NCBI GenBank assembly: GCA_030141605.1
Contig: JAQGDQ010000003.1
Location: 2,604,001 to 2,668,000 of the forward strand
Length of the DNA stretch: 64,000 bases
Direction of reading: 5' to 3'
Source of the DNA: Tubiluchus corallicola
Taxonomy: Eukaryota; Animalia; Priapulida
Shown here: positions 14,101-27,890 of the stretch, piece after piece
How positions within the stretch are numbered: the stretch's first letter is position 1
Layout of the letters: every line of letters begins with the position of its first letter
Notes under the pieces: model-generated
What the model saw: the letters and a program-made list of their open reading frames with translations, nothing else
The model's database searches: none
Told to the model about the DNA's origin: nothing
Program-made: the position numbers and the translations under genes

Positions 14101-15730
14101 CAACATATAATGGATAATAATTGAAAAGTGCACGGAAATTAATGAAGCTAAATCTTGTTTGCATACATTAAAATGGCTAGTGAACCCGATGGTAATGAAC
14201 AACATTAAATACATGTATTTATTCCTTAGACCCAATAGAACTTTTTTGCAGAAAGCCATATTTACTATGACCTTAATGCAGATTTGCAAAAGCTCTTGCA
14301 ATTAAAATGTCCCAAGTTTCAAATACGTTTATTGCAAGATCGTTTATTTGGTATTCACACTTTGGTTTAGGAAATTTTGCTACAACAATCGTGGAAAGAC
14401 CTGTTCATTCTTAGTCTTGCACAATGGATGTCACGACATGACATCCTGAAGCGGCTGGATTTCAGTTTAACTTTAACATCACCATTTACTACTCGTTATC
14501 TACAGGAAATACTTTACCGCTACCAACAGCATCACATAGATGAAATAGAGTTCACTTGCCTAAAACTGCTGGTTCTTTTTCGATTTGGTAAGAAATATTT
14601 AAATGATGAAATGACATTCAACTTGTCTTTTTCAAATTTAAGTTATTTAACACTTATAATTAGTTTCTTACACTTGCAAAAAAGTGCTTAAAACCTCCTA
14701 TGAGCTAGACACGAAATAAGATCTGAAAATGTAAATTTCGTTTAAGAATAAAACACGTTAAAAACCGAATTTGGCGATTTCAATTGTGCGATGCATGAAG
14801 TGATCAGGTTTTACCCACAGTGATAGAAAATGGCGCAACGGGACAAATAAACAGTCTACTTAAAAGATGATGCAGACAATACTAATACGCAGTGGTTTCA
14901 GCTATTAAGCCATGGAAGAACTAGAATAGCACAAAACTTTTGAAACTGCAACATACCTGTTCTGTGATTTTTAGTTTCACCAGAACTACATTATCGTTGT
15001 GAGAAAAGTATGCTTTCCCTGCAGTGCAAAGGTATTTATGGCAAATTCTGGCAATGACGCAATGAAGCCTATTAATTCTATGCGTGCAACATGCATTGTA
15101 TTACAAAAAAATGCTATGTGCTGTATAATAGGCACATACAGACTATAATTATTTCTGAACAGTACTTGTAAATTTGGTACACACTATTTTGGCATTCAAT
15201 GATTTCAACAGCTTTAGCACTTCTCACCTCATTACCCAGAAACTTGTGTGTTCATCCAAGTAATATCTATAAAGTATGAAGTGTGATGATTTCTACCTTT
15301 TCAGAAAGTTAAAAATCACCATGCCGAATAATAATTATCGTGTGTAAGTTCCTCTAGAAAAATTACACAAACACATATTAACTTCAACATTGCTTTATTT
15401 ATTGGACAACTATTGTGACAAAGGCAATGATAACATTTCCAATGATGGCATTTCCTATGACAATATTCTGATGTTTCAGATGTGCTAGAACTATCAAACC
15501 GTGAGCACATTGAGTTTGTCCAGGATCAAGCCCAGGTGCTGCTATTGCAAAGCTCTCGACAGGCCCACCCTAACCAACCAACACGATTTGGGCGACTGCT
15601 TCTTATACTTCCAAGTTTAAAAGTAATCAGCTACCATCTAATAGAAAGAATGTTTTTCCAGAAAACTATTGGATCAGTACCTCTAGACAGGTTAATCATT
15701 AATATTTACAATAGTTCCAATAGTGGATAA
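11115..15730 (+). CDS. dsf: NR2E nuclear receptor, dissatisfaction (dsf)-like; 6 coding exons, 343 aa
   Basis: Exons 11115-11118, 11640-11720, 12283-12444, 13344-13660, 14371-14587 and 15480-15730 are all GT-AG and phase-consistent (1032 nt). The DNA-binding domain reads [91 protein letters not shown]. The ligand-binding domain ends [12 protein letters not shown]...[32 protein letters not shown] and KRSIH fit DSF better than TLX (from recall). Confidence 0.9.
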
Positions 15731-16402
15731 CCGTGTACTTGTATGAACTATAACCTTTCCATTGTTATTATTGTTGTTTTATATCTCAATAGATGGTAGT
15801 CGCAGTACTATAACCAAGTTGTGTAAGCAGTCACACGTCTGACAAGCTTTGTAACTTCGGGAGACATGCATGGATGGTAATAAAAGAAAATCACATACTT
15901 ATTTAATTTTTTTTCTAAAATTACAAGAAATTTTTAATTGCAAGAAACTGATACTAGAACTCTAGCAACAGCATACAAAACATGTTGTATTAGCATTTAA
16001 ATTTCTATTCTACAATGCAACAATTATGTAACCTGATCCACGAATAATGGTAGTACTGAGGAAACTCGTTTTATAGTATACTTTAAATTTTTAATTGGTC
16101 TGATTTCGTTTATTAGTTAGTTTTAAGCTAAGTAAATCTAAACAGTGACATAAATCAACAAAATAATTTATTGTACAGCAAAAGCTAAATTATAGGACTA
16201 ATACTTATGAAAATTAAAAACTACTTAATGTCCAAGTTAAATTTTTTGTATTATTATACTAATTTATTTAGTACCGTTTAATAACTCACATCATGCTGAA
16301 CATAATGCTAACAAAAAGTAACAAATACTGTGTCATAAAGCGAACTTACTGCAAATGTCACTAATCAGTTACAAGAAACATCAAACATTGAGAATTTATC
16401 AT

Positions 16403-19400
16403 TTATCGATTTGGCATTTTTCTAAGTTCCTTTACTTTCAACAAGGAAAGTGTCCGTCGGTTGTTAATTTTACGAAGTCGCTTCCAAAAGTAAAACGTAT
16501 CTTGATCAATTTCTTCTAGGGGTGGAGGAGGTCCTAGCCGTAGCTTCCAAAGCCATTCAGGATACTCTGAGTCAGGCAATAACTTGGGATCCTCGCCACC
16601 TTTCATAATATTTGCTCCGCAACAATAGTTTACTAGTTTGTGAGGATCACTTTCAACTTCAAGTTCCTTTTTTGATGACACAGCAAGGCCCTTTCCTGGA
16701 AAATAACAAAAAATAAATACCAGAGGATGCAAAAGCACACTAGATTTACTATGCCAGCAAAAATTCAGATATTGTTCAAACTGCAGAGAAGTGGATCGTC
16801 TCATTTTACATATCTAAAATGTAAAAACTCAGCAGTTTTACTGCTGTTGATGAGCACAGAATCTCTTCTCTGTACAAAATTAATTGTTGCAAGTACAATT
16901 ACAGTTCATAGATCAGTACAATTACAGTTCAAAGATCCAAAACAGTATATTAAAGCAACTTAACAGTGTCACACATTGTTATTAGTGTCATACAATAAAA
17001 GATGTAAAGCAGCAGTCTAGCCTACATGCTTCTCCTGGATCAAAATCCAGAAAAGTTGCGAGGGTTCAAGATCCATAAAATCTGCACGCATCCAGTCCCA
17101 CCACTATTATTTCAGAAACCAATCAAATGAAATTATTCTATGGCACTTGTACCTAAGCTCGCATTAAAGTATCTTAGTCAATCAAATGGATGTACCAATG
17201 TCAAGAAAATGTGGAAAGATTGAAGGCTCAAAGTGGCTTATGCTTTTGCATTTCACCTGAAACACTTGTACGTGAAAAAGCAGTCAAAACGTAGTAAAAA
17301 ATATATATTACACTATGAAGATCCTGCACCATTCACACACATATAGAATTTTAGAAATCTAGAAAGCTTTTAAAAGACTGATTTCCAAATGAAATGTTTT
17401 CTGCTTGAAAACCATGTTTCAATATTTAAATCATAAACATGTTTACTTTAATAATAATAAGTAAAAAAACAGTTGAACATTATGACCCTATAGAGCCATG
17501 TTATGTAATTATAAACAACACAAATTTGAACTGACTATCCATTTATCACAAAAATGAGATGTACATTTATGATAAGAGAAGTTGTTTGTTAGATAACTGT
17601 ACAGCAATACAAGTATTAAGCTGTGGGCTTCTACAAAGGTTGTGACTGCCAAATTTGAAAACTTCTCATGTGCAAACTGTATAATGAAAAACAAAATTTA
17701 TCAAATTGCCAGTTGTTTCCACAGCCCAAAACTCGTCACGTAATCAACATGTTGCTTTTTCAAAAACAAAGCACAGAAGAAAAACACACACATTTTTTCC
17801 TTATGCCGCAGTAGGTATGTGCATGTGCTGAACTTCAGCAGTTTAAATCTAATGGTTACAGTCTTAATGTGACCAAGACTGAACAGTACATGGTGATGCT
17901 ACATCTTTTAGAAATAAAGCAAATATCTGGCTAATTTTCTAGGGACCAAAGCACAGAAAAATACTAGCCTTGGCCGCATTTCCAAGCTTAAAAACATTAT
18001 TGAAAATCCTGATCTCACCACAAAAACTTCTGTCATCACTTGTACAGCCAGTATTCTTACATAATTCTGAATTGCGGATAGTCAAGGTTGTTCAAAGAAT
18101 AAAGTTGATGCATTCAAAAAACATCTATACCACAAAATGTTGGGTATAAAATGGCCAAAGAAAATTTCAAATCAGGACATATAATAATTTAACAAACAAG
18201 AATGGAGTGAGGTCATACAGAAGCGTGTCATCATTATACTACGAGATTTCTCACTAAAACAGAATTACACTAACCACTAATAATGCTCGAGAAGAAGACA
18301 AGAGGAGAACAGCTCACATACTATTTTTACTTAGATGTTCTGAAGGCAGATTTATTAAATGCTCCACTTGATTTAAACAACAGAGATACTTGGCATGTGA
18401 CAGCAAACAGGGAGACATGACACCAAATCATAGGTGGTGCCGTGTTACGTAAAGAAACGATTAATATGACATAATAGGTTTTAAATTCCTAATAATTATC
18501 ATATTATTATGATGTTGATGCGATACTGAGAATACCTTGAACCCAGTTAAGCCCGCAAATAAGGATACAGTTTCCAGTAAAATCACAAACTTTTTTCAAT
18601 GTTTCCCAGTTTTCACTTAGAAAAGAGAGGCCACTTATAAATTATAAAACTGCATATGTAAGCTTATTAAACAGTGAAACCTGGGAAAGTGTTTACCCCG
18701 TTAATGATTGAAATGCTTCACAGCTTTTATATAGTAATAAAATGACATATCTTCACAAAAATTTTGACCATAGTAAAAACCATGGTCCCCATGGTTAATT
18801 AGGGACCACATCAGGGAACAATCAAATATATCAAATTTAGGTCAAGAACTGAACCATGTATGAACAATGAAAAGCTTGATCTTATACTTGCTCGAGATAA
18901 TCTTAAAATTAGGGAATTAAGGCTAAAAGTACCAAACCCAAAACCATTTACAAACAGTATTTTTACTATAGAAATCTAGCTCAATACAAAGTTCACAAGA
19001 AAACCAAGAATTTTTTAGTAATAAGTTAAATGAAAGTGAAAGTAATCCTAAAAATATATTGACACACGTCATAAATCTGGGACACAGTAGTAATTCTAAG
19101 GAGATAAATCAAACTGTTTTGAAAATAAATAAGAAACTTAAATATTGCATGCTGTATCAATAATTTTTATATTATCGCAGTAAAGTAACTGACTAGTAAA
19201 ATCAAATAAATCTGCTCAAGATTTATACAGACTGCTTATTCCACTACTTGCTATGTTTCACACACAGTACTACAATTATACAGCGAGACGTTTATCCGAC
19301 TCTGGCCATAAAAGCCGTAACGGAATTCTCGATAACAGGTACTTGCAATCTCTATCACTTTCTCGTACCAACTTTGTTTGAATATTAAAGTGTATTTTGT

Positions 19401-19707
19401 TCATTAATTGCTTCTTTTACTAATTTTGTTTTAGTTGTTTTAATCACTATGTACTTGTAGCACGTTAATTTTTTGTAATCCACCTTTTGTTACAGTGGCA
19501 ACTATACTAACTCAATCAACAATGTTAGATTCTGTGATGTAAAATCGAATAACGCATAAGTAGGCAACATACTTTACCTTTCTTTGGCGCGACAACAGCA
19601 TAACCAGCTGCTTGTTGTATTTTTAATACATCGCGAAAATAAGTGACGTTCTTGAATGAAAAAATGAAAACTTTTTGCAACAAATGACATTTAGTGTACG
19701 CCGCCAT
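16403..19707 (-). CDS. MRPL54: Mitochondrial large-subunit ribosomal protein mL54; 2 exons, 140 aa
   Basis: Exon 1 19707-19578 (aagATGGCG; basic presequence-like MAAYTKCHLL...APKKG) and exon 2 16695-16403, containing ESDPHKLVNYCCGANIMKGGEDPKLLPDSEYPEWLWKL, characteristic of mL54. Confidence 0.93.
18040..18430 (+). mobile_element. Decayed non-LTR retrotransposon 3' fragment (RTE-like) in the MRPL54 intron
   Basis: Broken frames give KMLGIKWPKKISNQDI and a downstream TWHVTANRET-like segment, resembling the RTE reverse transcriptase C-terminus. It has many stops. Confidence 0.4.
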
Positions 19708-20124
19708 CTTATCCACAATGGAAAAGGACTTCGCTAGTTCACCGACGCAACATGTATTTTTGGGGCATCCGCTAGGAATCGTTGAATGAGTTTTTAGCTC
19801 GAATTTAATTCAAACCTAAAATTGTAGATTCGAATAATTCGGCACTTTAACTATATAAGTTATTCATCATTAGAACATCGTGTAATCAGCGGTTCAGCAC
19901 AATTTCGATGCGACTTCTGTGCACAATTCTCAAAGGATAAGAAATGGCGCACCTGAAATAAGTTTCAGAAAAATCACCTTGATAATTATATCACTTTACA
20001 GCAATTGTATGCATATATCATACTCGCGTTAAAAGGAATTTTTGTTTGTTTTTATTTTAAATCTCTGCAATACTGTTCCGACGGCACCATTGCGTGATGT
20101 CACCTATGCAAACATATGTCAGGG

Positions 20125-20127
<3 letters not shown>

Positions 20128-20172
<45 letters not shown>
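20128..20172. repeat. (TA)n microsatellite
   Basis: Direct reading. Confidence 0.97.
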
Positions 20173-20174
<2 letters not shown>

Positions 20175-20867
20175 GGTGTTCCAAAAAACTCCATACAAAT
20201 ATATATTATTTAGCATTTCGCTTACCTGTTTGAAAGACTTATGTAACTAGAAATAATAATTTAAAATCTTCATGCCAATAGGTAAAATGCTGCTGGTTCT
20301 TGTATTGCTGAATAATTCGTATAACTTTGAAGCCCTTTATTTGAAATATGGTTCCCCAGCTATGCAAATGTTGCTGAAATATATCACAAGTAAAAAAATA
20401 TTCGACACGAGTGCGAGCAAATTAGATGGTGGCTCCGCCTGAGGGGGCCCCAAAAGGTCATAATCCGGCACCGTCCATTGATAAATTGTTTGTTTAGCAA
20501 TAGAATTATTGAAGTATTTATTGTTAGACGTGATTTGTACAATGTTCGATATACAGCTATTTAATGTAGGATGTAGAATAAGGGCAATTTTTTGCTAGAA
20601 AATGGAACGCTAATCTGCTTATTGTACTTGTAGAAACCTATCGGTATTGTCAGCCAAGATCTTGTCTGCGTAGCAAAGAAAATTTTTAGCAGCCTTGTTA
20701 TCTGCGATTGTCCAGAAAGCAGTCTGATTGCATAATTTTAAACAGCGGTTAGTTTATTGAAGTTTTCTCTTGACACATTCTATACAAACTGCACACATAG
20801 ATATAGTGAGGCATTGCAAAAGCTTTATAGATCTACTTGGACTTTGGTACGCCAATTTAGTTGGTCC

Positions 20868-23800
20868 CTATGGCCCTAAAACGCTGTCGTCGAGGTACGA
20901 TTCTTCAGATTCGCTAGATGAATCAGCTTTCGAGTTTTTCTCATCGATTTCTTCTGGCTTGTTCTCGCTCTGCGCCGTAACTTTGTCATAGACTCTTCTG
21001 TGCAGGTCTATCCACTCCTAGTATTGGTAGTATAAAAAAATAAAAAAACCTATGAGCAGCAAAAAATATAGCGAAAAATGTTAGATATGAAGAATTATAA
21101 TTATTTCAATGAAACCTAAAACTAATCCACCTATCATCTGTGACACAAAATGCAGACAAATAAAACAACCGATGAACGTAGCGGCTACATTACATTCATT
21201 GGTATAACCTATCACTCAAAAGAAGCAAAATGATGCCAAGATCATTTCTTTTGTGATTTATTTGTCAAAGCAAAATGCGTTATTGACATAAAGTATCATA
21301 ACTCCGTTAAGCTATGCAAGTTTTGATTTAAATTGATAATTGGTCGTAAAGTTTCAAATAGGCAAACTCTTGATGCTATACCGTGACAATAGTAATGCAA
21401 TTCATGATTAATTATGTTCACAGCGTCAGTTCCAAAATCAAATTTGTACTGACAAGCCACTGCAAACATCTATTACTGTCCACTTTACAAGTCTGTTCAT
21501 CTCCAATGGCGGCAAACAGAATTTTTCTGTTTCTTTTTTCTTTGCTTTGTGAATTATGCTTCTTTGTTAAACTTAACACGGGCCTTACACAAACAAATCT
21601 TTGTTTAAAACACAGATAAGTGAGATAATTTGTGTCTTATGCAGCTAAGTATTAAATTAAGTTTCTTCAAAATATGCTGCCATCGTTGATAATTTGTACA
21701 GTTGAATTGTAACAATACAATATACTATTTAAATTTATTCCGTTGATATATGTTACCTTTATAAGCTTAATTTTTTGTTCATTAGTCATTTGTGGAACTG
21801 GCGGATCTGTTTCGTGTCGACATTTTTCTGAGAGACCATTGAGTGCTAACGCAACCTCGGCTGCACGCTGCAGCTGCAAATCAAAACATTTTTCTTTTAA
21901 CTATCATCATTACAGGCATGTTACAATGGCTTCTCAGTAAGTTAAATTTTCCGAACTTAACATAATAATGACCAGGGAATAAAAAAATGACCAATGCTTA
22001 CACTTTAGGCAAAATTATATAAGTACCTGCTACTGCAATTCTTGAGGGCTACTTATTGTTTCTAAGGCTTAGTGCAGACTCTAGTCTCCAATTATGTAAT
22101 AAGTCTAACGAGGTGGCCCGTAAGAGATTTCTAAGAACGTAAAGAAAAAGAAGTTTCATTTAATTCAAAAATCAAATCAAGGCATTGGGACTGGGATTGG
22201 ACGTATACGCAGCTCGGTACCTTCGTATTTATTGTTGAATCGTGTTTTCTCATCTTCCCTTCAAGTGCAAGGTTGTCTGCTCGTTTCTCATCGAGATCTT
22301 TCTGGGCTTTCTTAACTTCGCCGCCAATAACTATGAGTTCAGTTTTGTAAGATTCTATTAGTTTATCGAGATCTTGCTGCTCGGTTTTTACCTTCGAAAA
22401 TGCATTAATAAATAGGTAAGCAACGTGAGTAAAAAACGAACAAATTCCTCATTCAACTGTATATAGTGTGAATACTTTAGTAAAAAATCGCAAGAAATAA
22501 TAACAGACATGATCCATTACTGATGCTGAACAACATTTTATTACGGGTGAGCATTCTCTACCAGAAAGCAAATTCGAATTGAATCGAGTTTGTGACATTC
22601 GAATTCGAATCGAACCGAACTTCAGTATTTCGAATCCGAATCGAATTCGAATTGAGTTGGAAAGATTTTTCGAACCAGTTTTCGAACCACTAGTGAAACG
22701 TGGTCTTACAAAGATCATGCACATTACTTGACTTTGTTCTGCAATAAAACCGCCATTAGTTTATTAAAAATTTTGCGCAGAAACTGCAGCTAAATTGTGC
22801 TAATTGCATACTGTTTCAAACATTTCAATGATAAAGAACGTGTGTGGCTGGAGTGATGAATCATTCGAATATAAAATTTCAGGTTCGAATCGAATTCGAA
22901 CTTAAAAAACTCGTTCAAATCCAATTCGAACGTTCGATGCTCACCCCTACATTTTATTAAGCACAATTAAACAATAATCTATACGTTGGACGAGTGGGGA
23001 CTTTAAACTTTTTGAAAAAGGACGGTAACACTGAATTGAATGCATCAAGTATACTGCCCAAAAACCACAGAAGTGCGTTAGATAAATTTAGATGTCGGAG
23101 TGCACCTATTATATTGGAAATTGGACGGTACACTAATATTCTAGAAGACCAGAGGTTATGCCATTTCTACATTGTAACTTTTATTATGATATTTGTATTT
23201 CATCGTCCCAGTGTCTAAGAACAAAGATCAATAATTTTAATCAGTTCAAAGATAATAATTTATGCTAAAACTGTCACTTGATATTTATCTAAAGGAATGT
23301 GCCAAAACCTACCACTTAAAGAAAGAAGAAATTTTAATGACTGGTTTTATTATTTGCTTAAAGACTCGTAAGTTCTTAATTAACACGTAAATGGTTGTTT
23401 TCAATGAGGTTTAATGTGTCTCACAACGCTATCGATAGAGTATCTTTATTTTTACTGTGACTGCGTATTTTAAATTGTTGTAAAATGAAAAATTTTCACT
23501 AATTAACTATCTATACTATCCTATGCTATCCTATGTTATGCTATGCTATGCTATGCTATGCAATACGATGGGATGCTATGCTATGCTATCCTATACTGTA
23601 CTGTGCTGTGCTGTGCTGTGCTGTGCTGTGCTGTGCTGTACTGTACTGTACTGTACTGTACTGTACTGTACTGTACTGTACTGTACTGTACTGTACTGTA
23701 CTGTACTGTACTGTACTGTACTGTACTGTACTGTACTGTACTGTACTGTACTGTACTGTACTGCACTATACTACACCATACGATACTACACTATATTTGA

Positions 23801-25569
23801 TATTCAGCGATGTCCACAACCGGACATACGCGACTTCGGCACTTGTAACCTCAGCTCACGCTACTTCGGTGTACGCAAAAAGGACGTTCATTCATTTAGG
23901 GTGTAATGTAGCACACCGATAACGGATTAAAAACGGGTGGCACAAATTTGTTGGAAAAACATGTTTAATATGATTTAGATGATATGTTCTGCAAATACAT
24001 GAGGAAATAATAGCCCATTCTTACTAGTTATACAGCTTCTAAAATTTAGTCTTTGGACCAACTTACCTGGCCTTGTACAACTTTATCTTTTTTATACAAT
24101 TGTTGACCAGCTTCTGTTAATCCTCTGAATCTCATGCAAAGTGACTGTCTTTTTTCGTCTGTTATAGAGGGGACATTTCCTGCACATTAATATCATTGAG
24201 TTCAAAAATTATGGGTTTATAAATTTGCAATAATTAAGAGTATATTATTTATACACTAGCATGCAGGGTTATAGCCATTTAACCCAAAGTACTTAAGCCT
24301 TGGTTCTGCAGTTTGGCTGTGAAAATCACGTGGTTGTGGACTAGAGGACCTTGCTAGTTCAAACTGCTTTATCACAGCAAATCATGTACATACAGGACTT
24401 AAGGATTTAGAGCCTTTGTCGCGCCAAAATTTAAATAGTATGAAAACGTACGTGTTAGAAAAGCCCAGAAAATACATTGCCATACTATATCAATAGAAAA
24501 AGCCCACAGACTTAATTTTTTATTTACCGTAACATATGTCAATGTTGTTTTAAATTTAGGCACTGTAGTCAACAATTAGATTAACGCTAACCTTTTAATG
24601 CCAAACCGCAACTGTTGGAACTATTTGACTACCTCGTGTATCATAACTAATATTCGCTTATTATTTGCATAAAAAGTGTGTATTGTACCAGCTTCAACGC
24701 ATCGAATAACGCGTGTAAGGAAGTCTCCGCAGGGTTGTAAGTATCGAATTTGCTTTGTCAACTTGGATAACCTATGAATAAGAAAAAACATGTGGTACGA
24801 AAAGGCGTGGTGCAGACAACGCTTATCTGAAAAAATATATTATATAATATGATTTGTATCCCTGCATAAAATGCATACATGGAGAAAATGATGCTTGTAA
24901 CATTGTGACAATATACCTTACTTTGGCTTCTTCTATTTGTTGTTTAAGACACTCAATCTCATCATCGCGAACTTTATTTTCTCGCCTTTCTTGTTCATTC
25001 TTAACATGCATTTTCTTGAGCCGACTTCGTGACTTCTCTATAATGGGTGCAAATTTTGCTTTTCTTTCCTCAAACTGCGTAATGTAAATGGAAAACGCCT
25101 GGTACTATACACCATTAACATTAGCTAATTCGTCGTTATGTACCGTTAGCGTAGTCAGATTAGTTAGATAGATTTTCAGATAGTATAATAAATATTATAT
25201 CGCTACATTTTAAAATCTGAATGATTCCAACAATTAATCTCGAGAGAGAAGAAGAACTTATCAGCTTCTACATAGAGTACAGGCTGCAATATATGTTGCA
25301 CTTTTGAATTTCTTTAAACTGTCAAATGATAGCTAACAATAAGCTTGTAATTATAATTCACAGTTTTGATGCAGATCTTTCTATTTCAATGGGCATCAAA
25401 TATTCAATTTTCTAGCAATAGCTATTACAGAAGCGTGAATTTTACCATTAAGACAAAAACGAACCTGCATGCGACGTTTATTATACATTTCTCTCTTGAC
25501 TGCCAGTTTCTGCATTTCTTCTCGATACGTTGCTTTGCAGTCTTCCAGGTTGCCATTTTTATCACTCAT
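20868..25569 (-). CDS. CCDC42/CFAP73-like (DUF4200) coiled-coil protein, probably ciliary or sperm; 7 coding exons, 306 aa
   Basis: Exons 25569-25465, 25098-24917, 24771-24689, 24179-24067, 22391-22221, 21873-21757 and 21017-20868 join in frame (921 nt, GT-AG). Segments EEMQKLAVKREMYNKRRMQ...KFAPIIEKSRSRLKK...EIECLKQQIEE...LTKQIRYLQPCGDFLTRVI...MRFRGL follow the CCDC42/CFAP73 layout and size. The family call is from recall and the start could extend upstream. Confidence 0.72.
22542..22949. mobile_element. hAT-type MITE (408 bp) in an intron of the CCDC42-like gene
   Basis: Terminal inverted repeats (TIRs) TACGGGTGAGCAT / ATGCTCACCCCTA, a perfect 8-bp TSD CATTTTAT (22534-22541, 22950-22957), and subterminal TTCGAA/ATCGAA repeats at both ends. 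Confidence 0.9.
22990..23300 (+). mobile_element. Decayed LINE 3' end (CR1/L2-type C-terminal region)
   Basis: HRSALDKFRCRSAPIILEIGRYTNILEDQRLC matches the R..L.KFR....L.IE.GRY.....RLC motif that precedes the C-terminal Cys/His region of such LINEs. Confidence 0.6.
23508..23795. repeat. Compound pentanucleotide microsatellite (CTATG)n-(CTGTG)n-(CTGTA)n
   Basis: Direct reading; it accounts for four spurious overlapping ORFs. Confidence 0.97.
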
Positions 25570-26099
25570 TTTCAAAAAAGGTTGTAAACTCTGACTTCCG
25601 CAGCATATAAGTGAATTAGATGATTCTTCAATCACCTTTCCTGGCCTATTAAACATACATTTATTTGACAATAAATTTGAACTTATTCACGCAAAATATA
25701 AGTGGTTAATACTCTACAAAGCCCTGCTTAATTAATAGTTAATGATATTTCTGATTTAATTATTAACGTTACAAGTGTGTGCTTGGCTACAAGTCATCGT
25801 AGAAGACTTAGAAGTAACTCAGAAAATCAATGCTGCTCTAGAGGCGTGTACACAGTACAGGTTTCTTTATAGGATGATCTAGACAGTTTCGGATGGAATG
25901 AGCCGTGTTCAAAGTATTTTAGTGCCTTCTTCTCAATGGTCAACCCCTTCACCACAGTCTCCATGAACACCCTACACAAAATTGAATGTTTGTTGTATAT
26001 AATAAAATATAATGGCACCTTACATTAATAGTATTATGTGAGTTGGGCTTATACATGATATTGTATTAAAGTATACTAATTAACAGTAGTTAAAGTACC

Positions 26100-27429
26100 G
26101 AATGTACAGCTAAATGTTAATTTCATTTTAATTTGAATTTTCGATCTCGTTGTACGTCCTGAGTCTTCAGGAGCAAAAATTATTTCTTCAGTTGCCGCCG
26201 CACACTCTTCAGGTCAATGGCTTCGTGCTGGCAAAGTTTCATCAGTCTTTCATCTGAACGATCCTCTTTTTCACATACATCCATTTCACTAGTTTTGTCA
26301 TCTTCACAAACATAACTCTGGTTTCATTAGCGAATCTTTTTGAGCACTGTTCAATGTCTGCTAGCCTTTTATCTTTTGTTTCCTGTATTACGCTCGGGAA
26401 GCCTTCGATTTTTGTAGGTTTATCTGCTATAATTAGATGCTGTTGGCCTGGTGCAAGAAACTTTTTTTATTATTTTATCTGCTGTTCGATACATACATTA
26501 GACTACAGGCAAAAGCAGGGCAACGCATCAGTAATATCCGCAGGAAAGTCAGATAAACCAAAATTTGAAAGTGCTTTACTGAGAGAAGAGATCGTTGTTG
26601 TTGTTGTTGTTATTTTGACTTCAGCTTTTCAGCCAATAAGTCAGCTAAATCTATGCTCATGGCAGTGATGTAAGAACAACATCTGACACGTTTCATATTG
26701 TTTTTGACCCTCTTCACGTTGATTTGAATTTCCAATAGCTCACATTACAGAAGCAAAACCAAACAACATAAAAATTTGACCGAATTATACTGTAGTTCAC
26801 ACTAGCTAGTCTAGTGTGAGCGATCTAACATTGGAAATGCTGGACTTGGCAGACCAGCTGGGACGAGCTTTGGATAGCCTTCACCACTGGGGAATGTGGC
26901 AGCGTAATGGTCTAGGGATCTACAATGTAAGTAAGAAGTTCATATTCAAGCTTCATAATCCATTTTTTCACATTCTCTACTGTTTGAGTTTGGCATTAAT
27001 ATTAAATTAATTGTGGGTTTGTAACATCATCACGTCATTCACGTTTGAAGATATCAAGCTGGTCTTGATTTTCGTCAGCGCCGGCCATCAAACTATCAAT
27101 AACAATATGTGCTGGACCACTGGTGACTCAGCTGGAAGGCCTACATATATAACGGGTGTATATAGTTTAAACGGCGCGCTAACTGTCATTAAAAACAACA
27201 AATTATTAACAAAATAGCGACTGACCTGCAAATGTGCAAGCTGTGGCGTCTTGACAAATTACTCTATTTGCATTATCGAACACACTTTGTTTTACCCGAA
27301 TAATAATTATAATTTAAAAATTCATTTGCGCTTCTGCTTTCAACTTCTGAAACATTTAATAATAACATCTTGTTTCATTTCTCTCTGCTGAAGCTCTTTT
27401 TCTTTGTTTTCGCTTTCCGTTTGCAGCAC
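26100..27429 (-). pseudogene. Disrupted coding-like segments upstream of the CCDC42-like gene (decayed exons or long 5' UTR)
   Basis: CAG acceptor at 27432-27430 and donor after 27226. Charged peptide stretches (VLQTESENKEKELQQREMKQD; MAGADENQDQLDIFKRE; EDDKTSEMDVCEKEDRSDERL) are broken by stops and frameshifts. Confidence 0.3.
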
Positions 27430-27610
27430 CTGTTAAAACAAAGCTGTTTTTCGAGTTTTTATTTTTTGTACAAGCCATTTTGGCGTTTCTTCACAAATGA
27501 AGAGGTGTTATAGAAAATATCCCTCGACAAGTTATGTGCAAAGTAACTGTCGGTGAGAACTTTTCGCTTGGACAGAGTTCAGTGTTTTGAATGTCATCCT
27601 TTTGAAGGAC

Positions 27611-27611
<1 letters not shown>

Positions 27612-27657
<46 letters not shown>
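27612..27657. repeat. (TA)n microsatellite with one interruption
   Basis: Direct reading. Confidence 0.95.
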
Positions 27658-27659
27658 GA

Positions 27660-27890
27660 TAAATAGTGCTACGGGCGCGGAGAATTACAGCTGCCGAAGT
27701 GCCCATTGAAGAAAGTCGGTAGCCGTAGAAAGGAGGAAACGAGTCGTGGATTTACATCAGCAATCATTTGTCACATGGTCATCATCAACGAAACAAGTGA
27801 ATTGAAAGTAGCCATTTTGACACTTGTTGCTTATTTGTTTGTTTCCCGGTTTTTACTCATTTTACGACTTAACTTACTTTAGTAAGTAAA
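27660..27890. promoter_or_regulatory. Candidate promoter / first-exon region of the miRNA host transcript, possibly bidirectional
   Basis: Local GC/CpG enrichment, a YY1-like GCCATTTTG near 27811, and a + strand donor A|GTAAGT at 27882. Inference only. Confidence 0.4.

Noticed and set aside
23523-23922. Four overlapping ORFs with VLYCT/QYSTV repeats
   Set aside because: They are translations of the (CTGTA)n pentanucleotide microsatellite, not genes.
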